DNA of 64,000 bases from NCBI GenBank assembly GCA_951406725.2, contig OX597817.1, positions 174,344,001 through 174,408,000 of the forward strand, given 5' to 3'. This DNA is from Octopus vulgaris (taxonomy: Eukaryota). Below the pieces are notes generated by a model, which worked only from the letters and a program-made list of their open reading frames with translations, did no database searches and was not told the origin of the DNA. The position numbers and the translations under genes were made by a program. Below are positions 53,020 to 64,000 of this stretch, piece by piece (the stretch's first letter is position 1; every line of letters starts with the position of its first letter).

Positions 53020-54917
53020 TAACTGAAAAATTTATTATATTTTGTACATACAAGTATATACAAGCCTTTAGGTGCAATAGAATGTGCTCACGGGTGCAAT
53101 TGCACCTGTTGATGGGGTTTCCCCACCCCTGGCCTAAGGCTTCATTGTTGATTGAAGAGTCATTGTATTAATATGAGGTTTCCACAATCTTGTTTATGCT
53201 CCATGTTTTGTTATTAAGCTATTCTGCAAAATCTGCTTTAGCTTGTTAATTTGCAGTATACTAGAAACCAAATTATAATATTAGTTTTACTTGTTAAATG
53301 ATTAGCAGCTGTATGTGATTAAAGTGTAAAACTGTTTAATCATTAAAGCTTTTAATCTGTCTCGTAATAAAACAAAACGTTTATCTGATCTGAGATGGAT
53401 TACTTGGAAAACATTTTTTTTAACGTGTTTACTAATATTTAATAATCTGTCTTGTTAAGCAAAACTAATATATTATAAATCGTATTTAAGTAGAGACAAG
53501 ATAGTATTGTAAACATTTGCTTTCCTTGTTACTCATTGTACATTGAATCAAAGAGAATTTATCCGGATGCTGTTTGCTTTACTCTACACTCTCTTTCTCT
53601 TTCACCGTTGATAACTCCATCAATATCAATTTTATGGATAAAAATCATAGTAAGTTTAGTCCTGTACAAAAGTAAATCAAACTATAGAAAGAAAAGACAG
53701 AGTCTAGTGAAATGATGTCTGGGTAATAACCTCACTTTCAATAACAGCAATACCCAGGAAATCATTGTGGAATCACAGGAAATGAAGAAGTGGTGTATAT
53801 CTCCCCATTAACAATGATAGAAGTGAGGTGCAAAGGTCTTCAGCTAGTTCATGCTTTTTTTGTGATTTCCAACCTCTAAGTAAATAACTTAATAGTAAGA
53901 AGCTTTTACATGCCCTTATGGAGAAAACATGACTGGCTGAGCTAAATGATTCCTCAGCTTTCAGCTGTTTCAGAACCTAAATGCTTTGTCCACAAAGCAT
54001 TTTAAAGAGGGTCTATGTTTGAGGCTTTCCAAACTTGAATCCAGAAGTTCTTTTGCTTATATCTATTTAAAAGTTGTCTTTCATTCTGATAAATCATTAT
54101 CAGCATGCTGATTTTTGTAGAGAAGATCTATCTTATTTATAAATTGGACCTCATTAGCAGTCTGTACCTTTTCGTTTCACATGTGTCAGTTGAGCAAACA
54201 ATTATTTACACTTTGAAACTGTTTTATATAAATTCTGTTAGGTTTAAAACCTAACAGCTAATTAGTCTGAGCTAATTAGTCTGAGCACTGTCAGTTTTAT
54301 GTCTAATATCTCCAGCAACATTTGTGTTTCACTCTCAGTCTATATTTAGATGTCTTAACAAAGTGAGAAAAACCATGTTCCTAGGCATTTCCCTTGCTAG
54401 TTTATCTGAAGTTGTCTTCTACAGAAAATGCTAAGAACACTGTCTGTAGAACATTTGGGAATTCACTATTCGCTACCAATTGGTAAGCTTTAACTAATCA
54501 CTGCAACTTTTGCAAAACTACTATCAATAAAAAAGGCATTTGTGGATCACACAGCTTGCAAACTCTTTCAGCTACCAAATGGCTGCAGAGCCTTCTGTCT
54601 TCTTTTTAAGAGAACCTTCACCAATTTTGTGGAATCCCTCTTCCTACCATTCCACATCTAAGAAGATTCAGTCAACTGTACACTCGCTAAAAATTTTCCA
54701 CACATGCAAATCATTTTCTCTTTAATACCACTCTGTAAACTACTAACAAAACTCTCTTCCCAATTTCACCGCAATATGCATTCTTGCTATATGCAAAAAC
54801 TTTTCACATCCATCATTGCAATCCACCAAGGTAACTGGTCCTGATACTCTTTCTTTCATCACCTTCTAACAGAAGTAACATTTATACTCACTGAACTCAT
54901 CATTCTGTGTCTACATA

Positions 54918-56208
54918 CGAGGGACGTTCAATAAGTAATGCCTCTGACCCACTTGCAGTTGTTTGATCTAGCTGAAATTTTGCATGTGCAATTATTTATA
55001 TCTCTATAGAGTAAGTGGCAAATTACAGCTCTGAATTAATTGTGGTTTCCGATTTACAGGTGTTTGAACCGAGTCAAGTGTGGAATGGAGCCTGTTGAGT
55101 GTCGAGCAGTGATCCGGTTTTTGTATTTGAAAGGACGCACACCACGGGAGACTTTTGATGAAATGAAAGTAACTTATGGTGATGATGCCCCATCATATGA
55201 CCTTGTAAAACGCTGGTATCGTGAATTCAAACATGGTCGGAACTCTGTGGAAACAGCTCCCAGATCTGGTCGCCCCCTTCTGCCATTGATGAGGCATCTG
55301 TCCGTTAAGTTGAGGCTGCCATTTTGGAAGATCGATGCATAATTATTCGCCAAATAGCCCATGAGGTCAAGATTAGTACTGGGTCTGTGGAAACTGTCAT
55401 TCATGACCATTTGCATATGCAAAAGGTGTCTGCCAGATGGATTTCCAGGTTGCTCACACCTTTCCAGAAGCAAGAACGTGTCGAGTGCTCGAGGGTGAAT
55501 TTGGAGATGCGCCAAGAAGATGAGTCAAGATTTTTCAAAAGAATGATTACACAGGATGAAACCTGGGTTCATCACTATGATCCAGAGTCCAAAGCCCAGT
55601 CAATGCAGTGGAAGCACCGTGACTCACCTCCTCCATAGAAGGCAAGGGTGCAGCCCTCTGCTGACAAGGTCAGGCTCACAGTCTTCTGGAACCAGGACGG
55701 AGTAGTGATGACAGATTTCCTGGCAAAGGGTACCACAATTGCAGGAGCCTATTATGCTTCACCTTTGAGGAAATTAAGAGAAGTTATCAAAATCAAGAGG
55801 CGGGATAAGATCAGCAAAGGCATCCTCCTCCTGCAGGACAACGCTCCAGTCCACAACTCGCTTGTCGCCAGATCAGAAGCACAGGCGTATGGCTATAAAC
55901 TCCTCCCCATCCCCCCTACTTTCCTGACCTTGCACCCTCTGATTTTCACCTCTTCCCAATCATGAAGTTGGTTTTGAAAGGAAAGCGTTTCCCAGATGAT
56001 GCAGCCTTGATTTCTGAAGTCACGTTGAGGTTGGAGGACCAAGCTGGGTTCTTCTACAAAAACGGTCTCCAGAGCCACATCAAACGATGGGAGAAATGCG
56101 TAACTCTGGGTGGTTCCTATGTAGAAAAAGACTAATAACTGTGCCAAGTTTTGTTGCTCTACTGCTATGGGAAGTGGGTCAGGGGCATTACTTATTGAAC
56201 GCCCCTCG
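54918..56208 (+). mobile_element. Full-length (1291 bp) mariner DNA transposon, DD34D, inactive
   Basis: TA target duplications (54916-17, 56209-10); TIRs cgagggacgttcaataagtaatgcc / ggcattacttattgaacgcccctcg; internal transposase remnant. Confidence 0.95.
55085..56135 (+). pseudogene. Mariner transposase pseudogene
   Basis: MEPVECRAVIRFL...PRSGRP, KVSARWI, ITQDETWVHHYDPE, LLQDNAPVH, PDLAPSDFHLFP, RWEKC motifs spread over several frames, with frameshifts (about 55280 and 55910) and a TAG at 55636. Confidence 0.92.
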
Positions 56209-57221
56209 TACATGCTTCACAGTGTCCCATCCAACAGAAACAACAGCCTCTCTTATCCAGAAGACTACAAACTTATCATTTCAACTTCACAAATATCTAT
56301 TCATCCACATGTGTCTTTCCTCTTTCTTCAGTGACCACCACTTATGGTTTCTATGGAGCTAATTATATCAGAAACTTGCTTTCGTTTTCATTTGTCATTG
56401 ATTAATATCATTTGATCACCTTTGAGAAATTCTACAAAACCTTTGTTGTTGAACTTTGTGTCAGAGAAGCGTTTGACAGTTTTTGGCATGAGAACCTCTT
56501 CACTAAGCTGCAAGCCTTTGGCCTACAATTCATCTTTCATTTCTTGTTTCAGAAGCTTTGTATCAGACCATAGTTCTGGTCACTCTGTCTTCTATTGACT
56601 TTGTTGTACTCCAAGGTTTAGTAATGTCTCCCACTTGTTTCCTTCTACATATTAATGATCTACTTGATGTTGCTTCTGCCATTGCATATTCCTATATTGA
56701 TACGATACCACTGTTAATTACACAACCATCAGCACACCTTTATCATCCACACACACACACACATACAACCTAAACACCATGTGTTTGATATATGGTGCTT
56801 TCATGAGAAATTGAGAGTATTGAAGAACAGGCATGTGATAACCTTGTCACTTTTAACAGCACAGACGTTCAGTTATCACATATATAACTACAAATATCAG
56901 AGAATCAATTTAATATCAAAAACTAGCAAAAATATGTGAATTAACCACAAGACATTATATGAAATTACATGATATTGGACATTAAATGATATTAAATGAC
57001 AGGAGACATTACATGATATTGCATGATATTAGACATTATATGCTGTATGATATTAAATATGATTTTAATGTAAATGATATTAGATGTTAGATGATGTTAT
57101 ATGATTGGAATTTTAAGATATAACATATTAAATATTTATTTTATATAACATGATATTAAACTTTAAATAATGCTAGTATACAGTCTGTGACTCTACAGAT
57201 GTTATAAATAATATTTTGTTT

Positions 57222-57925
57222 CATTGGCCCATGTTTCACTGCCATGTATAGCATGGCTGTTCGCACACGTGCATCATACAGTCTACCTTTTACTCTGAGT
57301 GAGAGGCCTTTTGTCACCAGCAGAGGTAGGAGCTCTCTGAACTTTGCCCAGGCTATTCTTATTTTAGTAGCTAAACTCTCAGAGCATCCACCTCCACTAC
57401 TGACTTGGTCACCTAGGTAACAGAAGATATCAACTACTTGTAGTTTTTCCCCCTGGCATGTGACAGAAGTTGTTTTCTGCACATTTCTGAGCATTTGCCA
57501 CACACAAAAACTATCTTCCCAGTTAGCCTTCCTTTGATATTGCTGCACCTCTTATGTGTCCATAGCTTACACTGGGTACATTTTATAGAGTTTCTATCTA
57601 CGCCTTTTCTACAGATCGAGTAAAGCCATCAACCTGAAGGGATTTGTGATTTGTCTGCCTTCCTACTTATTAAGACTTTGGTTTTTGCTAGATTGAGTCT
57701 AAGGCCCTTCGGTTCTAGACCTTGCTTCCACACCTGAAACTTCTCTAGTTCTGATAGTGATTCAGCTATTAGAGCAAGGTCATCAGCATAGAGAAGCTCC
57801 CAGGGGCATCCTATCTTGAATTCCTCTGTTTTTGCCTGGAGGACTCTGATGAATAAAAGGGGGCTGAGGACTGATCCTTGGTGGACCCCTACCCCTACAC
57901 AGAATTCTTTACTATACTCATTATA
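57222..57925 (-). mobile_element. RTE-clade LINE fragment (RT C-terminal half plus PHD-like finger)
   Basis: GVHQGSVLSPLLF, LLYADDLAL, GLRLNLAKTK, FCYLG, IRIAWAKFRELLPLL. Confidence 0.9.
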
Positions 57926-59161
57926 TGTATATACACAGTCATCATCATCATCATCATTCATCATTGTTTAATGTCAGCCTCCCATGCTGGCATGGGTGCT
58001 ACCGCTGATGCTATATAGAAAGCATTGAGTTGATGCACAACAGGAGAGAAAAATTTTCTATGGCTGGATGCCCTTCTTGTCACCAACCTCCACCTGTTTC
58101 CAAGCAAGCTAATATTTCCTTATGGCCAGACATGTTTGTCATGGAAGGCTGCAAATGAATAGCATCACTTGCATGATGGTGATGTTCATTTGCAACCATC
58201 ATGTGATGATAAAAGCCACTCCTACTCTCCCTCTCTCATGCACACACACAGAGTGGGCTTCTTTTAGTTTCCATCTACCAAACCCACTCAAAAGACTTTG
58301 GTTGGTTCAGGCTATAGTAGAACATGCTGACCTTAGGTGCCTTGCTGTGAGATTGTTGTTGTTGTTAAGCAACAAGATGGGTAAGGATGATTAGGTGATG
58401 GTGTAGGGCTTAGGGGCAGGAGACCCCAGACCTTGGAAAAAAAAAACTTTGGTTGTCTTGTTGTAGTCGAGGGCTCTTCATTGATGCCCGACACCACTGG
58501 GAGGTGGCACTCGAAGTCGCTGGAAATGGAGATCTCCAGGTCCAAATTCTTGAATGGCTTGCTGTGAGATTGAACCTATTGAGAAGCAGAAAGCAAACGC
58601 ACAAAAAAATATGGTAGTGAATGACTTGAAAGCAAGATTTGGCTACTATTTTTAGCAGGTTTAGCAGCTACGTTCAGATACTTTTGTTGGCTTGATGTCA
58701 TAAGCTGTGAATTTCACATATATCCTTATATGAAAGCACATACCCACACATCTACATACACACATACATACATCTTACACACACTCACACACACATATGC
58801 GCACCACTTTATATTGAATTCACTTTATATTTGTTCTGTACATAATGAAGTACTTTAGAAAAGGAAAATATTGAATGGTGATGCTGCTAGAGGCATTGGT
58901 GGAGGTAGTGGCGGCAAAATAGTTAATAGACGCTAGAGCAATCAATATAGAAAGCACAGAATAAACAGATACGACTAATATTTCAATAAGGCTTTAAGTG
59001 TTTCAATGAGGCTTTTAGTATTTAGTATTTAGTATTTAAAGCATGGCATCTTCTCATAGATTCTTGCACTTCAATATTCATATACAGTATTATTCTTAAT
59101 ATTTATATTTATATGAAATATGTGTATCTATGTGTGTGTGTGTGCATATGTGTATATATAT

Positions 59162-59610
59162 ATCATCATCATCATCATCATCGTTTAACGTCTGCTTTCC
59201 ATGCTAGCATGGGTTGGACGGTTTGACCGGGGATCTGGGAAGCCAGAAGGCTGCACCAGGCTCCGGTCTTATCTGGCAATGTTTCTACAGCTGGATGCCC
59301 TTCCTAACGCCAACCACTCCGTGAGTGTAGTGGGTGCTTTTTATGTGCCACCTGCACTGGTGCCAGGCGAGGCTGGCATCGGCCACGGTCGGATTGGTGC
59401 ATTTTACGTGCCACCTGCATGGAAGCCAGTCGAGGCGGCACTGTCTTCGGCCATGATTCGGATGGTGCTTTTTACGTGCCACCGACACGGAAGCCAGTCG
59501 AGGCGGCGCTGGCATCGGCCACGATTCAGATAGTGCTTTTTACGTATCTCCAGTCCAGGGGTCCTGGCATCTGCCGGGTGCCAGTCATAGGATTGGTTCA
59601 ATTTCGATTC
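59162..59610 (-). mobile_element. 5'-truncated RTE 3'UTR copy with internal ~64-bp subrepeats
   Basis: Same tail; repeated ggtgctttttacgtgccacc...ggcatcggccacg units. Confidence 0.75.
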
Positions 59611-60335
59611 CGATCTGTCTGTCATACATTGTTGTTTGTTCCTTCTTGTGCCATGCCTGGCTCATTAGGGCTGGTTTCCCAGTTTCCTTGGTTCCCCACC
59701 TGGACGGGACACCGGTCCATCGCAGGTGAGCTGCAAGATGCAGGAAGAATGAGTGAGAGAAAGTGGCTTTGGTGTTTTGCTCATAAACACACACATCGCC
59801 TGGTCTGAGATTCGAACCTGCAATCCCTCGACCGCGAGTCTGCTGCTCTAACCACCAGGCCATATGCCTCCACACACACACACAAACACACACACACGCA
59901 TATATGTATGTATACATGTATGTAAATCTACTCACACACACACAGAAGCATAGGGGTGTGGTTAAGAAGTTTAATTCCCAATCCCATGGTTCTGGGCTCA
60001 GTCTTACTATGTGGCACCTTGAGTAAGAGTCTTCTACTTGAGCAAAAGCATTGTGTGTGGATTTGATAGTTGGAACCTGAAAGAGGCCCATCACGTGTAC
60101 ATTTTCTTTCCTCTCTCCATTGTTTTCTTCCTTCGTTCCTTTCCATACAAGAGTATAGGCTTGAAACACCAAAGACTCTTCTATTTTTCCTGAGCATCAA
60201 CCTAATATACTCTGTTGTTCCCTCACCTGTCTCTGACTTCTGTTTTGTCGTTTTTTGTACCATATATGAGGTGTGGTCAAAAAGTATCTGACCTTTGACC
60301 AAAAGACAAGTAATATTGAAAGTCTACACACTTCT

Positions 60336-60559
60336 TATTTCTTTATTGCCCACAAGGGGCTAAACATAGAGGGGACAAACAAGGACAGACAAAGGGATTA
60401 AGTTGATTACATCAACCCCAGTGCCTAATTTATCGACCCCGAAAGGATGAAAAGCAAAGTTGACCTCAGCGGAATTTGAACTCAGAATGTAATGGCAGAC
60501 GAAATGCCGCTAAGCACTTCGTCTGGCGTGCTAACATTTCTGCCAGCTCGCCGCCTTGT
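60336..60559 (-). mobile_element. SINE family A with 16-bp TSD, inserted in a mariner-like remnant
   Basis: aagtctacacacttct at 60320-60335 and 60560-60575. Confidence 0.9.
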
Positions 60560-61796
60560 AAGTCTACACACTTCTACCAGCATTCCTGCTACTGCTGGAA
60601 GCATTCCTGGGAGTCACTTTTTGAGATGCTGCAGAGCCTCCTCCTCCTCCTAGTCAAATCCCCTTATAAGGCATTTGTTGGCCAGGGCACTGGCACCATA
60701 CTGACACCAAACCTGAAATCACGGCGGGGGCGGGGGGGGGGTCTGCAAAGCAAACTTCTTAATGACACAGCCATACCAGCACTAATACTAATACTTTTAT
60801 GAATCTTGGCAGGATGAAAACTAAAGTCACCTTCAGCTGGGTTTGAACTTGGAACTAAATACTGAGAAACATTTTTTTCATTGCTGTATCCTACACCCTT
60901 TAACCCCAATTCAGCTATCCAGTGCCCTTTTATATGTAAACTGTAACGATGGTCTTTTGATACCAGTTATAATTATGTCTAAAATTTAGAGCTCATAATA
61001 AATCCTGAGCACCCATTAAGTATTTCTAGTAATTAAGCAACGTGAATAGAAGTTGATCATCATTTCCCAACTTTTAGATAATCACCAGAAATAAATTACC
61101 GAACTTCCTGCCCAGATGTGGAATGAAGCATGATGTTTCAGTAGTATGCACAAGTTAATTATTTTCCATTTCATGTTGTCTTTGAGAAGCAATAACTGTT
61201 TGTTGTCACAGAACAAGACCTGACCAAGTTAGAGCGTTCAAAGAAGCAAAATGATGCCGTAAAGGCAGCGACCAGTCAAAGACAAGACTGAATTGCGTTT
61301 GATTCTTTGTTTCCATTTTGGATGCTTTAAAACTATTTAAATCTATTTCAATGAAATATAAGATCATAAATTCATAATATTCTAGTCAGCACTTGAATTA
61401 TATGACTCTGTTAATATTAAATGTGAATTGAGTTTGGTCTTGTGTATGAAGCCTTTTGATATCAACCCATCTGAAATGGTCCCCTGTTCTGTGATACAAA
61501 CTCCCTATTTTAAAGGGATCTTAATTAAAAGTTTCTATCAATATTTCTTGCTAATTTATGTTTCAAACACCAGCTTAATAATGACATGGTTATTTTAACA
61601 AGTTCTTTATAATTAAAAAAAAAAAAAACCCAAAAAACAAACACACCGTGTATTTCATTAGAAATATGGTAACAAAAATCTAATGGTTGAATTGAGCTAA
61701 GTTTTCTGTATTGTATATTAACAAGTTCATTTATTCACTCATTCATTTTTACATCCATTTTTCTGTGCTAGCATGGGTTAGATGAATATATTATTG

Positions 61797-62007
61797 ATTT
61801 CAAATTTTGGCTTGAGGCCAGCAATTTTGGGGGAGGGAGTAAGTTGCTTGCATCAACCCTGGTGATTAACTGGTACTTATTTTATCGACCCCGAAAGGAT
61901 GAAAAGTAAAATTGATTTCAGCAGAATTTGAACTCAGAATGTAAAGATGGATGAAATGCCGCTAAGCATTTTGCCTGCTTTGCTAATGACTCAGCCAGCT
62001 CTTCATC
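61797..62007 (-). mobile_element. SINE family A variant with 17-bp TSD (similar copies at 51870-52087 and 9474-9695)
   Basis: ttagatgaatatattat on both sides. Confidence 0.8.
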
Positions 62008-62467
62008 TTAGATGAATATATTATGGAGACATTGTTTTGCAGCTTGATGCCTTTCCTGTCATTAGTTTCTACATGTTTGTCAAGTGAGGGTTGTATTTCC
62101 CATGTTTTCAAAGGTACAAAGCCAACAGTTGATTTATTGGCAGGGAGAATTACAACAGTTTATTGCTTTTTACACAATGAGTTTTGGAGAAGTGCATATG
62201 TAAATACACAGACAAACACACACACATGGATACCTACTACCTATCTATGTACATATATACTTACATCCCTCTAGATGCAAATGAGCTCAGAAGAATACAA
62301 GAGAATATCTATGAGCCATTGATAAAGAGTTTGTAAAAACAGGATAAATACTAACTTGTCTGTAGCAAAGTATGGCTGAACACGAGTTGCTGGAGAAGAA
62401 ATGCAACTCCTTAATTCCTATGTTACAAATGATCACAGCAACTAAGGCAATAAAAATTTGCAACATT

Positions 62468-62655
62468 GAATTTCCCAGGAAGTCTCATCCTCGAAATTTT
62501 CCAGGAAGTCTCATTCTTGGAACTTCCTAAGAAATCCTTGGAACTTTCCAGGAAGTCCTTGGAATTTTCTGGGAAATCTCAGCCTCAGAGCTTTCCAGGA
62601 ATTCTCTCATCCTCGGAACTTTCCAGGGAGTCTCTCGTCCTTAGAACTTTCCAGG
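62468..62655. repeat. Degenerate 20-29 bp tandem repeat (about 8 units), core gaactttccaggaagtc
   Basis: Directly visible repeated core. Confidence 0.8.
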
Positions 62656-64000
62656 CTTCAGATACCCCATGTCTTTATCAAAAGACACTTGTCAAAGTTG
62701 CTACTGTGTAGTGGGACTGAATCCAAAGTCATGTGGTTGGAAAGTGAATTTCTTAATCACAGCCATGCCTGCACCTAAGTAGCAATAATATTCTGGTTAT
62801 GCAGTTGATGTTATGGAGGCATGGAATGGGCTGTGCAAAAATCAACCACTGTAAGTTAAAATTTTATGCTGCAAGGAAGGAAAAAAGTATTGAGTTTTGA
62901 GCAGCACCTTTTGTTGGTGATAAGATCCACATCAACTAGTGTTTATGAATAAATAATGTAGGTTTTGTGGGCCCCTAATTTCATCAGGGCTCTTATTCAG
63001 TTATCCTACAGTGTCATCTGACATTTCTTTCCTCCCTGATGAAGAGTTCTGTTGGAAACATTGGGTTTCCCTTCTTTCTTGTCTTTTTTGTGTCATAAAA
63101 TTTATTTCACTTCTCGGTTTATTTGTATAACAGTATTTTTTTGGTAAGCAGGTGAATGTAGTATAATCCTCTTGCACTCTATCAGCTATGACAACGAGGG
63201 TTCCAGTTGATCCGATCAACCAAACAACCTGCTCGTGAACTTAACGAATGGCTGAATGCCCCACAGACACATGCACCCTTAACATAGTTGTCAGGAAGAT
63301 TCAGCATGACACAGAATGTGACTAGGCTGGCCCTTTAAATTAAAGGCACAATTCACTTTTGCTAGTTGAGTGGATTGGAGCAGTGTGGCATAATGTGTCT
63401 TGCTTAAGGACACCACACTTTGCCAGGAAATGAACTCATGACCTTTTAATTGTGAGCCAAATACCCTAACCATTAATTATATAGTATAAAAAATGTAGTG
63501 TTAACATTAAAAAAATGTCAATATCATTCCAAATCTTCCAGCATTTCACATGGAATTTTTGGTCGTCCTATGTCATCTTGGTGTCAACTCATCATTTTTT
63601 GGCTGTAAATTTTGGTCTGAAAGATTCAGGTTGCATGCAGGTAAATAATTTTTACCGAGGCTTAAAATCTCTAGTTTATTTAGAATTTTGCTGTGTGTTT
63701 ATTTATTAAGTGAGTTAATTAACTAAGGATGTGAAAGTCATTAAGATATTTCTGATCTACTTTGATCTACTTTGCTAACTAATCTTTCCAATAAGGGATG
63801 AGGGAGCTTCTACATGGTCGTTCAATCTGCTAGAAATAGCAGCCAAATATACCCACAAACCATGTTGTGAAAAAAATAAACTAAGAGGATACAATTTATA
63901 ATGTTATCTTGGATAGCATACTATATCTCTAAAAATAAGACAGGTTCTTCATAGCTAAAATGCTTTTTTGATCATAGATCTACTTGATTAGGACTAACAT

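Larger units (their letters stand above)
53850..56850 (+). mobile_element. Highly decayed CR1/Jockey-like LINE ORF2 interrupted by the mariner
   Basis: After the mariner: YPEDYKLIISTS (cf. NYRPISLTS), SDH.YGF, EAFDSFWHENL (cf. KAFDRVWH), VLQGLVMSPTCFLLHINDL (cf. PQGSVLSP.LF..INDL), YID(D)T. The upstream boundary is approximate. Confidence 0.6.

Noticed and set aside
56945-57115. Degenerate gatatta/gacatta short-period repeat
   Set aside because: Low-complexity decayed minisatellite with no further structure.
61212-61291. Possible terminal exon after ttgttgtcacAG (RTRPDQVRAFKEAK* or EQDLTKLERSKKQ...*)
   Set aside because: Short, frame ambiguous, no recognisable homology.

Overview
AT-rich, microsatellite-dense eukaryotic DNA. 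The repeat landscape (tRNA-derived SINEs with internal (TA/CA)n, RTE LINE tails ending in (GAT)n, mariner and Helentron-type elements) suggests a coleoid cephalopod, probably Octopus; this is inference. The only long coding region is an intronless DUF229 (alkaline-phosphatase/sulfatase superfamily) gene at 14887-16810, split by a single +1 frameshift near 16456. A 93-nt exon candidate encoding the end of a thioredoxin/PDI-like domain lies at 12779-12871, so much of the window may be intron. The rest is transposon debris: a full-length dead mariner nested in a CR1/Jockey-like LINE, RTE fragments (one with a PHD finger), a CRE-like endonuclease remnant, MITEs, Helentron-like elements, many SINEs, a 31-copy 88-bp minisatellite and a 1-kb (GGAT)n array. 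The most notable unexplained signal is a set of small ORF-less elements next to (TA)n tracts. They carry type I hammerhead-ribozyme cores (CUGANGA...GAAA...UH with palindromic stem III) plus direct and inverted terminal duplications, as in Penelope-derived or retrozyme-like RNAs. At least four unrelated families are present. Nearly all short ORFs in the track are microsatellite artefacts.
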